Source: Hypanus sabinus
Taxonomy: Eukaryota
Length of the DNA stretch: 64,000 nt
NCBI RefSeq assembly: GCF_030144855.1
Contig: NC_082709.1
Coordinates: 128,774,001 to 128,838,000 of the forward strand
Reading direction: 5' to 3'
A program made the translations under genes and the position numbers. Shown here piece after piece: positions 39,910 through 51,399 of the stretch (the first letter of the stretch is position 1; each line of letters starts with the position of its first letter). The notes under the pieces are model-generated. The model saw nothing but the letters and a program-made list of their open reading frames with translations. It searched no databases and was not told where the DNA came from.

Positions 39910-41608
39910 TGTTACGTATCCCGTAACTGGATAACGTGCCAGCAAAGACAGAGAGGTCCGTTGAAGTCTGATGTCACTATTTTCAAACGTTTTTATTTAT
40001 AAAGGGACACAAAAGTAGGGTTAATACATACATTCAGATAGTGCACTTCGTCAACACTAAATCTAAAGCGCGGGTATAGTAATAATCATCATTAAGAAGT
40101 GAGCTCTACGGTTGTCTAGGGGTTAGTAGATTGTCCGTTGGGAATATAAAAGTCACTGAGAAGGCTGCAGGCCTCAGCCCTTTGAAAATCGCTGGGTTTT
40201 ACGTGGGGCGACAAAGAGAGAGAGAGATTGGGGGAGAAGAGGAAGAACTTGCCGAGTCTTGATGAGGCTTCCGTGAAATTGGGGGGGGTGGGGAGCGTTG
40301 GTTTCCTCTCCCCGATGTTAGTTAAAAGCGGTTTTCTGTGATTCCAGCCACAGATTCCAATCCCGGAATCTAACGCACGTGGCTTCCTTCAGAATGGCTT
40401 CCCGCTGCTGCGGGAACACTCTCTCGTGTCTTCTTGGTGCGTCTGAGGGGGCTGTCCCCCTGAGACTCTCCTTTATACTTCCTCATGGGGTCGCAGGTGT
40501 CAATCAGGTTGTGATGATGCAATCTCTCTCTCAACCAGCCCACCTTGCCCAAGGGCTTCTCACGTGGTCTCCATGAGACAATCGTCGCTGTCGTCTTATT
40601 CTGTATCCTGGGTGGGACGTGCAATTTGGCACATTTCTTTCTCTCTCTCTCCTACTGGGTCTACTGACCCCCCCCCCCCCTTCGACGGGTGCTGTTGCGA
40701 TTCTCACAAAGGAGGGGGCTGGGATCATAACACCTCCCCTCTTAAAACGTTTTTACCAGCGGTTAAAACGGAGTGGTCCACAGTCTTACAGGAGTTTTGA
40801 ATCTAACACAATACACAAGTTTTTCTTTTCACAGAATACTACCGTTATACATTCAAGTCAGTATCTAAATAGTTAACGATTACAGTGTCCCTTTCTTTAA
40901 TAACATTGCGAACCGTACATCAGACTTCAATTCAATAACCACCTATTTATTTTTTTTCTTAAGCAACAAAACTAAGGAGGTGTGACCTTAGCTTAGGTGC
41001 ATTTACAAAAGTTTACGCGAATACTAATCGTTTCAGTCATTTAACTTAACCGGCAGGTCTCCAAAGGGCTGCCTTTATTATTCACAGGCTTTGGCGCAAA
41101 CCCGTTCAACCTGCTTGGCTGTCTAACAATGGCATCTCCATTAACCGTCACCTCTTTTTCGGTGAGCCCCCCCGTGGGGAACTTGAGTAGTTTTGCGTAG
41201 TGAACTCCCGCCCGCCCCGTTCATCGGGGTTATTTTAGCAACACCATGCCCCAGACTTAAACCAACGCCACCCAATTCTTTGATTTCACCCAGGTGGCTG
41301 GCCCTTTTATCAGTCCCCTTCAGGCTATTGGTGTTTGATTCTAACTCTTCGCTCAAGTAGCATGTCGAAGGCGGCCTCTTCACACCCCATCCTGGCATAA
41401 CAATAGAGTGGGGGGCCCCGCTATTCCCCGGCTCACTCTGTGAGCGATCTGCCAGGTTTAAGGTTTCTTCCTTCGATTTGGAAACTACAGACTTTCCGTT
41501 TCCTTCACTAACAATCCTCACCCCCCCCATTCTTAAATTCTGCGTTAACTTTGAACCCACCTTCGAGTACAAACACCGGGGAACTCACACTTCCCCCGGT
41601 TACCAAGG

Positions 41609-43977
41609 TTAACCCTTTTCCCACTGAACCAAGTCTATCTGACCCACAAGGACGGCTGCCCCGTTCCACTGAATCAAATACCTCAGACTTCTTCTGAGCT
41701 CCGTTACCAGGTTCAGCACCTCGTGCATCCCCATCTCAGACACACTCAAACGGGACATTTGCCTCTTCCAGGCTTTCAACACCCGTACCTTTTTCAAATT
41801 TGAACTTCCCCTGATTCTCCCAGTTTCTCTCTGGGCAGCTCCCACCCGGGAAGGCGCAACCCTGCGAGCTGAAACAACCTCCTCGGCCCTTTCAGCAGAC
41901 TCCTTCGAGGCAAGGGTACCCTTTCCATCTCGGACTGCCCTCACCTCATTATTGGGAACACCTTTAGAACTCTCAAGTTCTTCAAACAATTCTGCCAAAC
42001 CAGACAGATCATCCATGTCCAACTCTGGACCTTTTAACAGCTTTATCTGTTTCTCATCTTTATTTCCTACCTTTAGGACCTTTCTCTTCGCTAAGGGCAG
42101 ATCTATCTCCTCTCCCTTACCCCCTTTCACTTTACTACTCTTCATCTTACCACCCTCTAAACCCTCATGGCACAGGGTTATCAAAGACGTCTCGGCCAAA
42201 TCAAAACTGGCCAGATTTAAACTGCTCTCGTTCTCAGCTGTCTCTCTCGACATGCTGCGAGTGACTGCGCCGGCAAGATGGTTCTTGTGCGCAAGGGGTG
42301 GGGCCACCACACTCGCCGGTCGCCAGGTTGGCAGCATGGCTGACCAAACCTTACCCCCTGCTAAGTCGTTCCCCAGCAGGATGTCCACGTCAGCTCTCAG
42401 GAATTCTGAGGGCACCCCTATTTCAACTGATCCATACACCAGCTCACAATCCAGAATGACCTTATATAAGGGCACCATTTCTATCAGTTTATTTATTCCT
42501 TCCACCTTTACCATGCCCGTTTCCCGACCAAATTCTAGTACCTTATGGCTAACCAGGGATAGTTCAGCTCCCGTGTCTCTCCAGATTCGTACGGGAACTG
42601 GTGTGTCTCCCTCCGTCACAGACATGGTTCCGTGTGACAGACAACTCCCAGAGCCTTCTTGTACTCTGTCTACCCTCGGCTCTCTGGTCGATTTGCTGAT
42701 TACCACGGCACACCTGATAGGGAGGGCGGCTTTCCCTCTTCCTATCTCCTTTCTCGGAGCAAAGCATCGAGATGCAATGTGCCCCTCCTTTCCACAATTA
42801 AAACAGGTCAAACCCGGAACCTTCTGGCCGTCATGCCTTTCCCCCTCAACCTTACCGCTAGCTCCCGGTGGGACCTGTGCCTCACTCGTTGGACTTTCTC
42901 CATCGTTCCCACGGTCTCTCTGGGGACCTTTATTTGAGGAAGTCTTTGTCTTGTGAGTTAGGACATATTCGTCCGCAAACCTAGCAAATTCTGACATGGA
43001 CTTATCCGGCTTCTCATTCAAATACATCCGGATCTCCTCCGGAAAACAACTTTTAAATTCCTCGATCAAAAGTAACTCCCTGAGACGCCCATAATCCTCG
43101 TCCACCCTTTCCGCGGTGCACCAACGGTCCAAGAGCACCCCCTTCTCATGGGCTAGCTCGGTATACGTTTGATTCCACCCTTTTCTTAAATTTCTAAACT
43201 TTTGTCTATAGGCCTCAGGTCCCAATTCATAAGTCCGGAGAATGGCCTTCTTTACCTCATCATAATTCTCCGCTCCTCCCTCCCCCAGGGACAACGCCGC
43301 ATATGCTCGTTGGGCTTTCCCCTTTAACACACTTTGTAACAACGCCACCCACTGCTCTTTTGGCTGCCTATGATTTACTGCCACCTTTTCAAAAAGCAAG
43401 AAATAACTATCGACATCTGTCTCCTCGAACGGGGGCACCAATCTCAACTCCCTACTAACATTAAACTGCTCCGCTTGGTCTAACCCTTGATCTCTTTGCT
43501 CATTCATCATCTTCTCAATTTCCCGGTCATGTTGCCTCTGTTTCTCTTTCTCGGCCCATTCCTTCTCTTTCTCGGCCCGTTCCCTCTCTTTCTCCTGCTT
43601 CTAGCTTCTTTAGGTGAATTTCATGCTGTCTTTGCCTTTCCCTCTCTCTCTCTTGCCTTTCCCTCTCTCTCTCAACCCTTTCTCTCTCTCTCTCAGCCGC
43701 TTCCAGCTCTTTTAACTTAATTTCACATTCCAACTTCAATTTCTCCACCTCTAACTGAACCGTCCCACTTGATGGTACCTTTTCAGGGATATCTCTCAAT
43801 ACCTCAGCTTCAAACACCTTCTTCCCAATGTAATACTGGGTTTCGTACCTCCCGCTTTTTCATGGACGACCTCACTTCTGTGAGGTTCAACCCCTTCGCT
43901 AAATTTAACAAGTCTGATTTGGTGGCCGCCTCTAGTGCCCCCACCTTCGGGTTTTCCATAAATTCACCCACGTCCAT
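41609..43977 (-). pseudogene. gag: Gag (coiled coil, SCAN-like capsid, CCHC knuckle) plus aspartic protease of copy 1; N-terminus frameshifted
   Basis: ATG at 43977; 633-aa ORF 41609-43510 contains YELGPEAYRQKFR...LRELLLIEEFK (SCAN-like), CFNCGKEGHIASRC, IWRDTGAELSL and ILLGNDL; no YxDD or integrase motifs recognised. Confidence 0.88.
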
Positions 43978-44067
43978 CTTTGCTGGTTTCCCGTCTGGCT
44001 ACCCGCATAACCAGATTCAAGTTTTGGACTACAAGCCTGATTCACTGGCCTCCCAATTTGGTGTCAG

Positions 44068-44088
44068 ATCCCGAGACGAGAAACCCCA
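44068..44088 (-). promoter_or_regulatory. Primer-binding site, degenerate tRNA-Pro type
   Basis: TGGGGTTTCTCGTCTCGGGAT 3 nt inside the 5' LTR, versus the canonical tRNA-Pro PBS TGGGGGCTCGTCCGGGAT. Confidence 0.75.
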
Positions 44089-44914
44089 AGTTGTTACGTA
44101 TCCCATAACTGGAGAACTTACCAGTAAAGATAGAGAGGTCCGTTGAAGTCTGATGTCACTATTTTCAAACGTTTTTATTTATAAAGGGGCACAAAAGTAA
44201 GATTAATACATACATTCAGATAGTGCACATCGTCAACACTCAATCTGAAGCGTGGGTATATTAATAATCATCATTAAGAAGTGAGCTCTACGGTTGTCTA
44301 GGGGTTAATAGATTGTCTGTTGGGAATATAAAAGTCACTCAGAAGTCTGCAGGCCTCAGCACTTTGAAAATCGCTGGGTTTCATGTGGGGCGACCGAGAG
44401 AGAGAGATTGGGGAGAAGAGAAAGAACTTGCCAAATCTTGATGAGGCTTCTGTGAAATCGAGGGGGAGCATTGGTTTCCTCTCCCCGATGTTAGTTAAAA
44501 GCAGTTTTCTGTGATTCCAGCCACAAATTCCAATCCCGGAATCTAACACAAGTGGCTTCCTTCAGAATGGCTTCCCGCTGCTGCGGGATCACTCTCTCGT
44601 GTCTTCTTGGTGCGTCTGAGGGGGCTGTCCCCCTGAGACTCTCCTTTATACTTCCTCACGGGGTCGCAGGTGTCAATCAGGTTGGGATGATGCAATCTCT
44701 CTCTCAACCAGCCCACCTTGCCCGAGGGCTTTTCAAGTGGTCTCCATGAGACAATAGTCACTGTCGTCTTATTCTGTATCCTGGGTGGGACGTGCAATTT
44801 GGCACATTTCTCTCTCTCTCTCTCTCTTACTGGGTCTACTGACCACCCCCCCCCCCCCTTCGACGGGTGCTCTTGCGATTCTCACAAAGGAGGGGGCTGG
44901 GATCATAACACTTT

Positions 44915-45470
44915 GTTTCTACTTCCTCTGGAGAATGAAGTCCTTTGAAGTATGCTGCCCTATTCCTTCCCATGTCCTGCCAGTCTGTTGTTGCCAGTAC
45001 AATCTTCTATGTGGTGGTGTGCTGGTGCAATGGCATCTATACAGGTGATGCCAACAGGATCAATAAACTGCTTAGAAAGGCTGGCTGTATTATAGGAGTC
45101 ATCCTGGACACACTGGAGGCTGTGGTAGAACAAAGGATGCTGTGGAAAATCCTGGCAATTCTGGACAATGTTTCTCACCCTCTGCATGCCACCTTGGCTG
45201 ACCAGAGGAGCACTTTCTGTAATAGACTAAGACAGTTGTGCTGCTTCAAAGAGCGTTATATGATGTCACTCTTACCCTCGACCATTAGGCTCTATAATGA
45301 GTCAACCTGTAGCTGAGGAAGTAATGACCTTGCCTGTTAAACTGTTTGTGGTAACTTATTTTTTTTATTTCTTTCTTGCTTCTCTTTTAATATTTATATA
45401 TTTCTACATCTGTGACTTGTATTGCTACTGTGATGCTGTAATTTACTTTGGTAGCAATAAAGTATCTTTC
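44915..45470 (+). mobile_element. Rex-Babar-type LINE, right half and 3' UTR (preceded by the last bases of the CR1 tail)
   Basis: ctacttcctctggagaatgaagtcctttg... is collinear with the 24930-25935 copy; ORF 44945-45316 (LEAVVEQRMLWKILAILDNVSHPLH). Confidence 0.85.
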
Positions 45471-47537
45471 TAGAGCAGTATATGGGACTGATTTTGGTGT
45501 GCACTGTCATCTGATATGAATTGTACCGTGCACCCTGCTGTGTCAATGGAGCTGCTTTCAAACATATTGCCATAACTTTCCAACAATGTTTTAAGGTCTG
45601 ACTGAAATTTCTTTGCTAATGTTGTCTGAGGAGTTTAATGTTGATTGCAGGCATTAAGAATGAAGGGATCATTGTTTTACCTGCCTCCTGATCAGTTGAA
45701 TCAGTTGAATTTTTCTTTTCATCAAGCAGAAAGGTTAAAAAATGCGACATAGGTGTCACCAGTAAGGAATAGGAAACATTGTTTTGTTATCTTGCAATGG
45801 TTTATGCCAACAGTTTTAAAAGCCAGTTCTGTCTGAAATTTACTCCGTTTAAAACATCTCACACAAGTAGCTCTTCTTGATTGTAAACAAAGGTAGAAAG
45901 TGAGCAATAATCGATGACAACAGTCAAGGTCAGCCCATGACTGCTGAAGAGTTACCATGGCTACTTGTTTCGAATAATTGAATGCCATTATGTTCAATTT
46001 TCTAGCACCAGTGATTCCAGTGTTTTCACGATCACAATTTGTTAACAATTCTGATTTCCTTTGAAAACTGGAACTCAAAAGCCTTGCTGATGCAGAAACA
46101 AGTTTTTAAATCGTCTTTGGTATATCTCGAGCTTTTTCTAAATTTAGTTTTTAATGTATGGAGGGTATAAGTCCTTGAGGTTTATTCTGCCCACCATTAT
46201 CACGATTATTACCCTTTGAGAATGTAGTGGGATCCTATCTCTGCTGTTTGCCCTTTTTGTTTAAACCTTTTCTGCCTCTGACTCTGCCTTTAAAGCACCA
46301 AAAATTTAATCTAAATGGGTTACAAATTGCTGACAATGAGAATATCAACAACACAAGACTAATCAATGAAAGTATATAAACAAATTAGATAAATAATTGG
46401 CTTCTGACCTCAAAATGGAACTCTATTTTGTATTCTTTGGATGCTGGTACTGTTTACCACAATCTTCGCTGATGGTATAAATCTTTTCTATCACATTGTC
46501 AGTTATCAAACGTCTTCTATTAGAACACCCAAATTCCAAATGACTTAGCAATTGAATGCATCTCCCATTGTACATTCTGCCCATTTGACCTACCCCCATC
46601 ATACATACTGGTCGCTCATTGTTCGTCATATTTGTGGATGAACCTTCAAAGACCAAACTTCAGAGCAATACCCAGTTGATTGATGAAGTCACCATTTTGC
46701 ATCTTGACAATATCTTTTCAAGGACATAATTAATTTCCCTGATTTTTCTCATAAGTATTCTGGAGTGGGATTCGCTTTGTGAGGTAAAATGTATATTTTA
46801 GGCATGAACTATCATATTCCACATTGTGTTCAAGGTGCATGTAGAATGAGACTGGAGTGGTTACAAACAGACGTAAAAGGAATGCACAAGGGTTTCCCTG
46901 AACCCAGTACCATTGTATAATTATGTAAAACCTCACTTTGCTCTACATTTGCATGGTAGTCTGTGAAAAACTCCAGCCTTTTGAATTCAGGTATTCTGAT
47001 TGATGAGAGTTAAGCAGAGGTAGCTGAGATAGCCACTTGATTTGTTCAATGATCCAAATTTAAAAGGATTTTTCTCATCCATATTCTATGATGGCTGTCA
47101 GACTGTGCAGTGATCCAGGATAAAAGTAGTGTGAACTCTGATTCAGTATTCAACTTTTATAGGTTGCCATCTATTTAGGGTAGGTTTGTGTTGTTTTCTT
47201 TCAGCTTTGTGCTCCTGTCAGAGATGTTTCAAAACACACAGGATTTTATTCATGAAAAGTGTTACTTATGTTTTGTTGTTTGTATTTTTCTAGAGTTGTT
47301 GTCATTCTCATTTCAATGAGAGATCCATCATTTAGGCTATGAGATTTTTGCACATCAGTGTACATACAAATAATGCGATCTTGCTTGTATGTCGAAGACA
47401 AGGTTTATGTTATCCCTTCGGCTACTCAGACAAGTAAATGTTGAGCAGTGCAAGAGTCACTTGTGGAATTTGCTTGGATTAACTCATGGGGGCAAAAAAC
47501 ATCATTGAATCAAAATGTTAGAACTTTTTGTGGATAG

Positions 47538-50500
47538 TGTTACGAATCCCGTAACTGGAGAACTTACCAGCAAAGATAGAGAGGTCCGTTGAAGTCTGAT
47601 GTCACTATTTTCAAACGTTTTTATTTATAAAGGGACACAAAAGTAGGGTTAATACATACATTCAGATAGTGTACATCGTCAACACTCAATCTAAAGCGCG
47701 GGTATAGTAATAATCATCATTAAGTGAGCTCTGCTGTTGTCAAGGGGTTAATAGATTGTCCGTTGGAAATATAAAAGTCACTCAGAAAGTCTGCAGGCCT
47801 CAGCCCCTTTGAAAATCGCTGGGTTTCACGTGGGGGGACCGAGAGAGAGAGATTGGGGGAGAAGAGAAAGAACTTGCCGAGTCTTGATGAAGCTTCCGTG
47901 AAATCGGGGGAGCGTTGATTTCCTCTCCCCGATGTTAGTTAAAAGCGGTTTTCTGTGATTCCAGCCACAAATTCCAATCCCGGAATCTAACGCACGTGGC
48001 TTCCTTCAGAATGGCTTCCCACTGCTGCGGGATCACTCTCTCATGTCTTCTTGGTGCGTCCGAGGGGGCTGTCCCCCTGAGACTCTCCTTTATACTTCCT
48101 CATGGGGTCGCAGGTGTCAATCAGGTTGGGATGATACAATCTCTCTCTCAACCAGCCCACCTTGCCTGAGGGCTTTTCATGTGATCTCCATGAGACAATA
48201 GTCATTGTCATCTTATTCTGTATCCTGGGTGGGACGTGCAATTTGGCACGTTTCTCTCTCTCTCTCACTTCCTGGGTCTACTGACCCCCCCCCCCCCCAA
48301 ACGGGTGCTCTTGCGATTCTCACAAAGGAGGGGGCTGGGATCATAACACCTCCCCTCTTAAAACGTTTTTACCAGCGGTTAAAACGGAGTGGTCCACAGT
48401 CTTACAGGGGTTTTGAATCTAACACAATGCACAAGTTTTTCTTTTCACCAAGTACTACATTCAAGTCAGTATCTAAATAGTTAACGATTACAGTGTCCCT
48501 TTCTTTAATATCTTAACATTGCGAACCGTACATCAGACTTCAATTCAATAACCACCTATTTATTTTTTTCTCTTAAGCAACAAAACTAAGGAGGTCTGAC
48601 CTTAGCTTAGGTGCATTTACAAAAGTTTATGCGAATACTAATCGTTTCAGTCGTTTAACTTAACCGGCAGGTCTCCAAAGGGCTGTCTTTATCATTCACA
48701 GGCTTTGGCGCAAACCCGTTCAACCTGCTTGGCTGTCTAACAATGGCATCTCCATTAACCGTCGCCTCTTTTTCGGCGAGCCCCCCCGTGGGGAACTTGA
48801 GTAGTTTTGCGTGGTGAACTCCCACCCGCCCCGTTCATCGGAGTTATTTTAGCAACACCATGCCCCAGACTTAGACCATCTCCACCCAATTCTTTGATTT
48901 CACCCAGGTGGCTGGCCCTTTTATCAGTCCCCTTCAGGCTATTGGTGTTTGATTCTAACTCTTCGCTCAAGTAGCATGTCGAAGGCGGCCTTTTCACACC
49001 CCATCCTGGCATAACAATAGAGTGGGGGGCCCCGCTATTCCCCGGCTCACTCTGTGAGCGATCTGCCAGGTTTAAGGTTTCTTCCTTCGATTTCGAAACT
49101 ACAGACTTTCCGTTTCCTTCACTAACAATCCTCATCCCCCCCCATTCTTAAATTCTGCGTTAACTTTGAACCCACCTTCGAGTACAAACACCGGGGAACT
49201 CACACTTCCCCGGTTACCAAGGTTAACCCTTTTCCCTCTGAACCAAGTCCAGCCGACCCACAAGGACAGCTGCCCCGTTCCACTGAATCAGATACCTCAG
49301 ACTTCTTCTGAGCTCCGTTACCAGGTTCAGCACCTCGGGCATCCCCATCTCGGACACACTCAAACGGGACATTGGCCTCCTCCAGGCTTTCAACACCCGT
49401 ACCTTTTTCAAACTCCCTAACTTTTTCTGATTCTCCCAGTTACTCTCTGGGCAGCTCCCACCCGGGGAAGGCACAACCCTGCGAGCTGAAACAACCTCCT
49501 CGGCCCTTTCAGCAGACTCCTTCGAGGCAAGGGTACCCTTTCCATCTAGGACTGCCCTCACCTCATTATCGGGAACACCTTTAGAACTCTCAAGTTCTTA
49601 AAACAATTCTGCCAAACCAGACAGATCATCCATGTCCAACTCTGGACCTTTTAACAGCTTTATCTGTTTCTCATCTTTATTTCCTACCTTTAGGACCTTT
49701 CTCTTCGCTAAAGGCAGATCTATCTCCTTTCCTTTACGCCCTTTTACTTTACTACTCTTCGTCTTACCACCCTCTAAACCCTCATGGCACAGGGTCAGCA
49801 AAGACATCTCGGCCAAATCAAAACTGGCCAGATTTAAATTGCTCTCGTTCACAGCTCTCTCTCTCGACAAGCTGCGAGTGACCACGCCGGCGAGATGGTC
49901 CTTGGGCGCTAGGGACGGGGCCACCTTACTCGCCGGTCGCCAGTTCAGCAGCATGGCTGACCAAACCTTACCCCCTGCTAAGTCGTTCCCCAGCAGGATG
50001 TCCACGTCAGCTCTTGGGAATTCTGAGGGCACCCCTATTTCAACTGATCTATACACCAGCTCACAATCCAGAATGACCTTATATAAGGGCACCATTTCTA
50101 TCCATTTATTTATTCCTTCCACCTTTACCATGCCCGTTTCCCGACCAAATTCTAGTACCTTACGGCTAACCAGGGATAGTTCAGCGCCCGTATCACTCCA
50201 GATTCGTACGGGAACTGGTATGTCTCCCTCCGTCACAGACACGGTTCCGTGTGACAGACAACGCTCAGAGCCTTCTCGTACTCTGTCTACTCTCGGCTCT
50301 CTGGTCGATTTGCTGATTACCACGGCACACCTGATAGGGACGGCGGCTTTCCCTCTTCCTATCTCCTTCCTTGGAGCAAAGCATCGAGATTCAATGTGCC
50401 CCTCCTTTCCACAATTAAAACAGGTGAAACCCGGAACCCTCTGGCCGTCTTGCCTTTCCCCCTCAACCTTACCGCTAGCTCCCCGTGGAACCTCTGCCTC

Positions 50501-51362
50501 ACTCGTCGGACTTTCTCCATCGTTCCCACGGTCTCTCTGGGGACCTTTATTCGAGGAAGTCTTTGTCTTGTGGGTTAGGACATATTCGTCCGCAAACCTA
50601 GCAAATTCTGACATGGACTTATCCAGTTTCTCATTCAAATACATCCGGATCTCCTCCAGAACACAACTTTTAAATTCCTCGATCAAAAGTAACTCCCTGA
50701 GACGCCCATAATCCTCGTCCACCCTTTCCGCGGTGCACCAACGGTCCAAGAGCACCCCCTTTTCATGGGCTAGCTCGGTATACGTTTGATTCCACCCTTT
50801 CCTTAAATTTCTAAACTTTTGTCTATAGGCCTCAGGTCCCAATTCGTAAATCCGGAGAATGGCCTTCTTTACCTCATCATAATTCTCCACTCCTCCCTCC
50901 TCCAGGGACAACGCCGCATATGCTCGTTGGGCTTTCCCCTTTAACACACTTTGTAACAATGCCACCCACTGCTCTTTTGGCCACTTCTGACTTACTGCCA
51001 CCTTTTCAAAAAGCAAGAAATAACTATCGACATCTGTCTCCTCGAACGGGGGCACCAATCTCAACTCCCTACTAACATTAAACCGCTCCGCTTGGTCTAA
51101 TCCTTGATCTCTTCGCTCGTTCCTCATCTTCTCAATTTCCCGGTCATGTTGCCTCTGTTTCTCTTTCTCATCCCGTTCCCTCTCTTTCTCGGCCCGTTCG
51201 CTCTCTTTCTCGGCCCGTTCCCTCTTTTTCTCGGCCCTTTCCCTCTCTTTCTTGGCCCGTTCCCTCTCTTTCTCTTCTGCTTCTAGCTTCTTTAGGTGAA
51301 TTTCATGCTGTCTTTGCCTTTCCCTCTCTCTCTCTTGCCTTTCCCTCTCTCTCTCAACCCTT

Positions 51363-51399
<37 letters not shown>

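Larger units (their letters stand above)
39910..44910 (-). mobile_element. LTR retroelement copy 1 (Gmr1-like Gypsy, gag-protease only, non-autonomous)
   Basis: LTRs 39910-40732 and 44092-44910 (TGTTA...TAACA); 4-bp TSD cttt; PBS 44068-44088; PPT AAGAGGGGAGG 40733-40743. Confidence 0.95.

Noticed and set aside
40370-40876. Recurrent short ORFs in all four LTRs (MHVPPRIQNK..., MASFRMASRCC...)
   Set aside because: They recur only because the LTR is repeated; variable ends and no domain signal.
41952-42956. 334-aa + strand ORF (and its 359-aa equivalent at 49632-50711) antisense to gag-pro
   Set aside because: Ser/Leu/Pro-rich mirror frame of a purine-rich coding strand with no recognisable domain; presence in both copies follows from their close similarity.
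51165-51275. Regular 21-bp repeats, superficially array-like
   Set aside because: No spacers; they are in-frame heptad repeats of the Gag coiled coil, not CRISPR.
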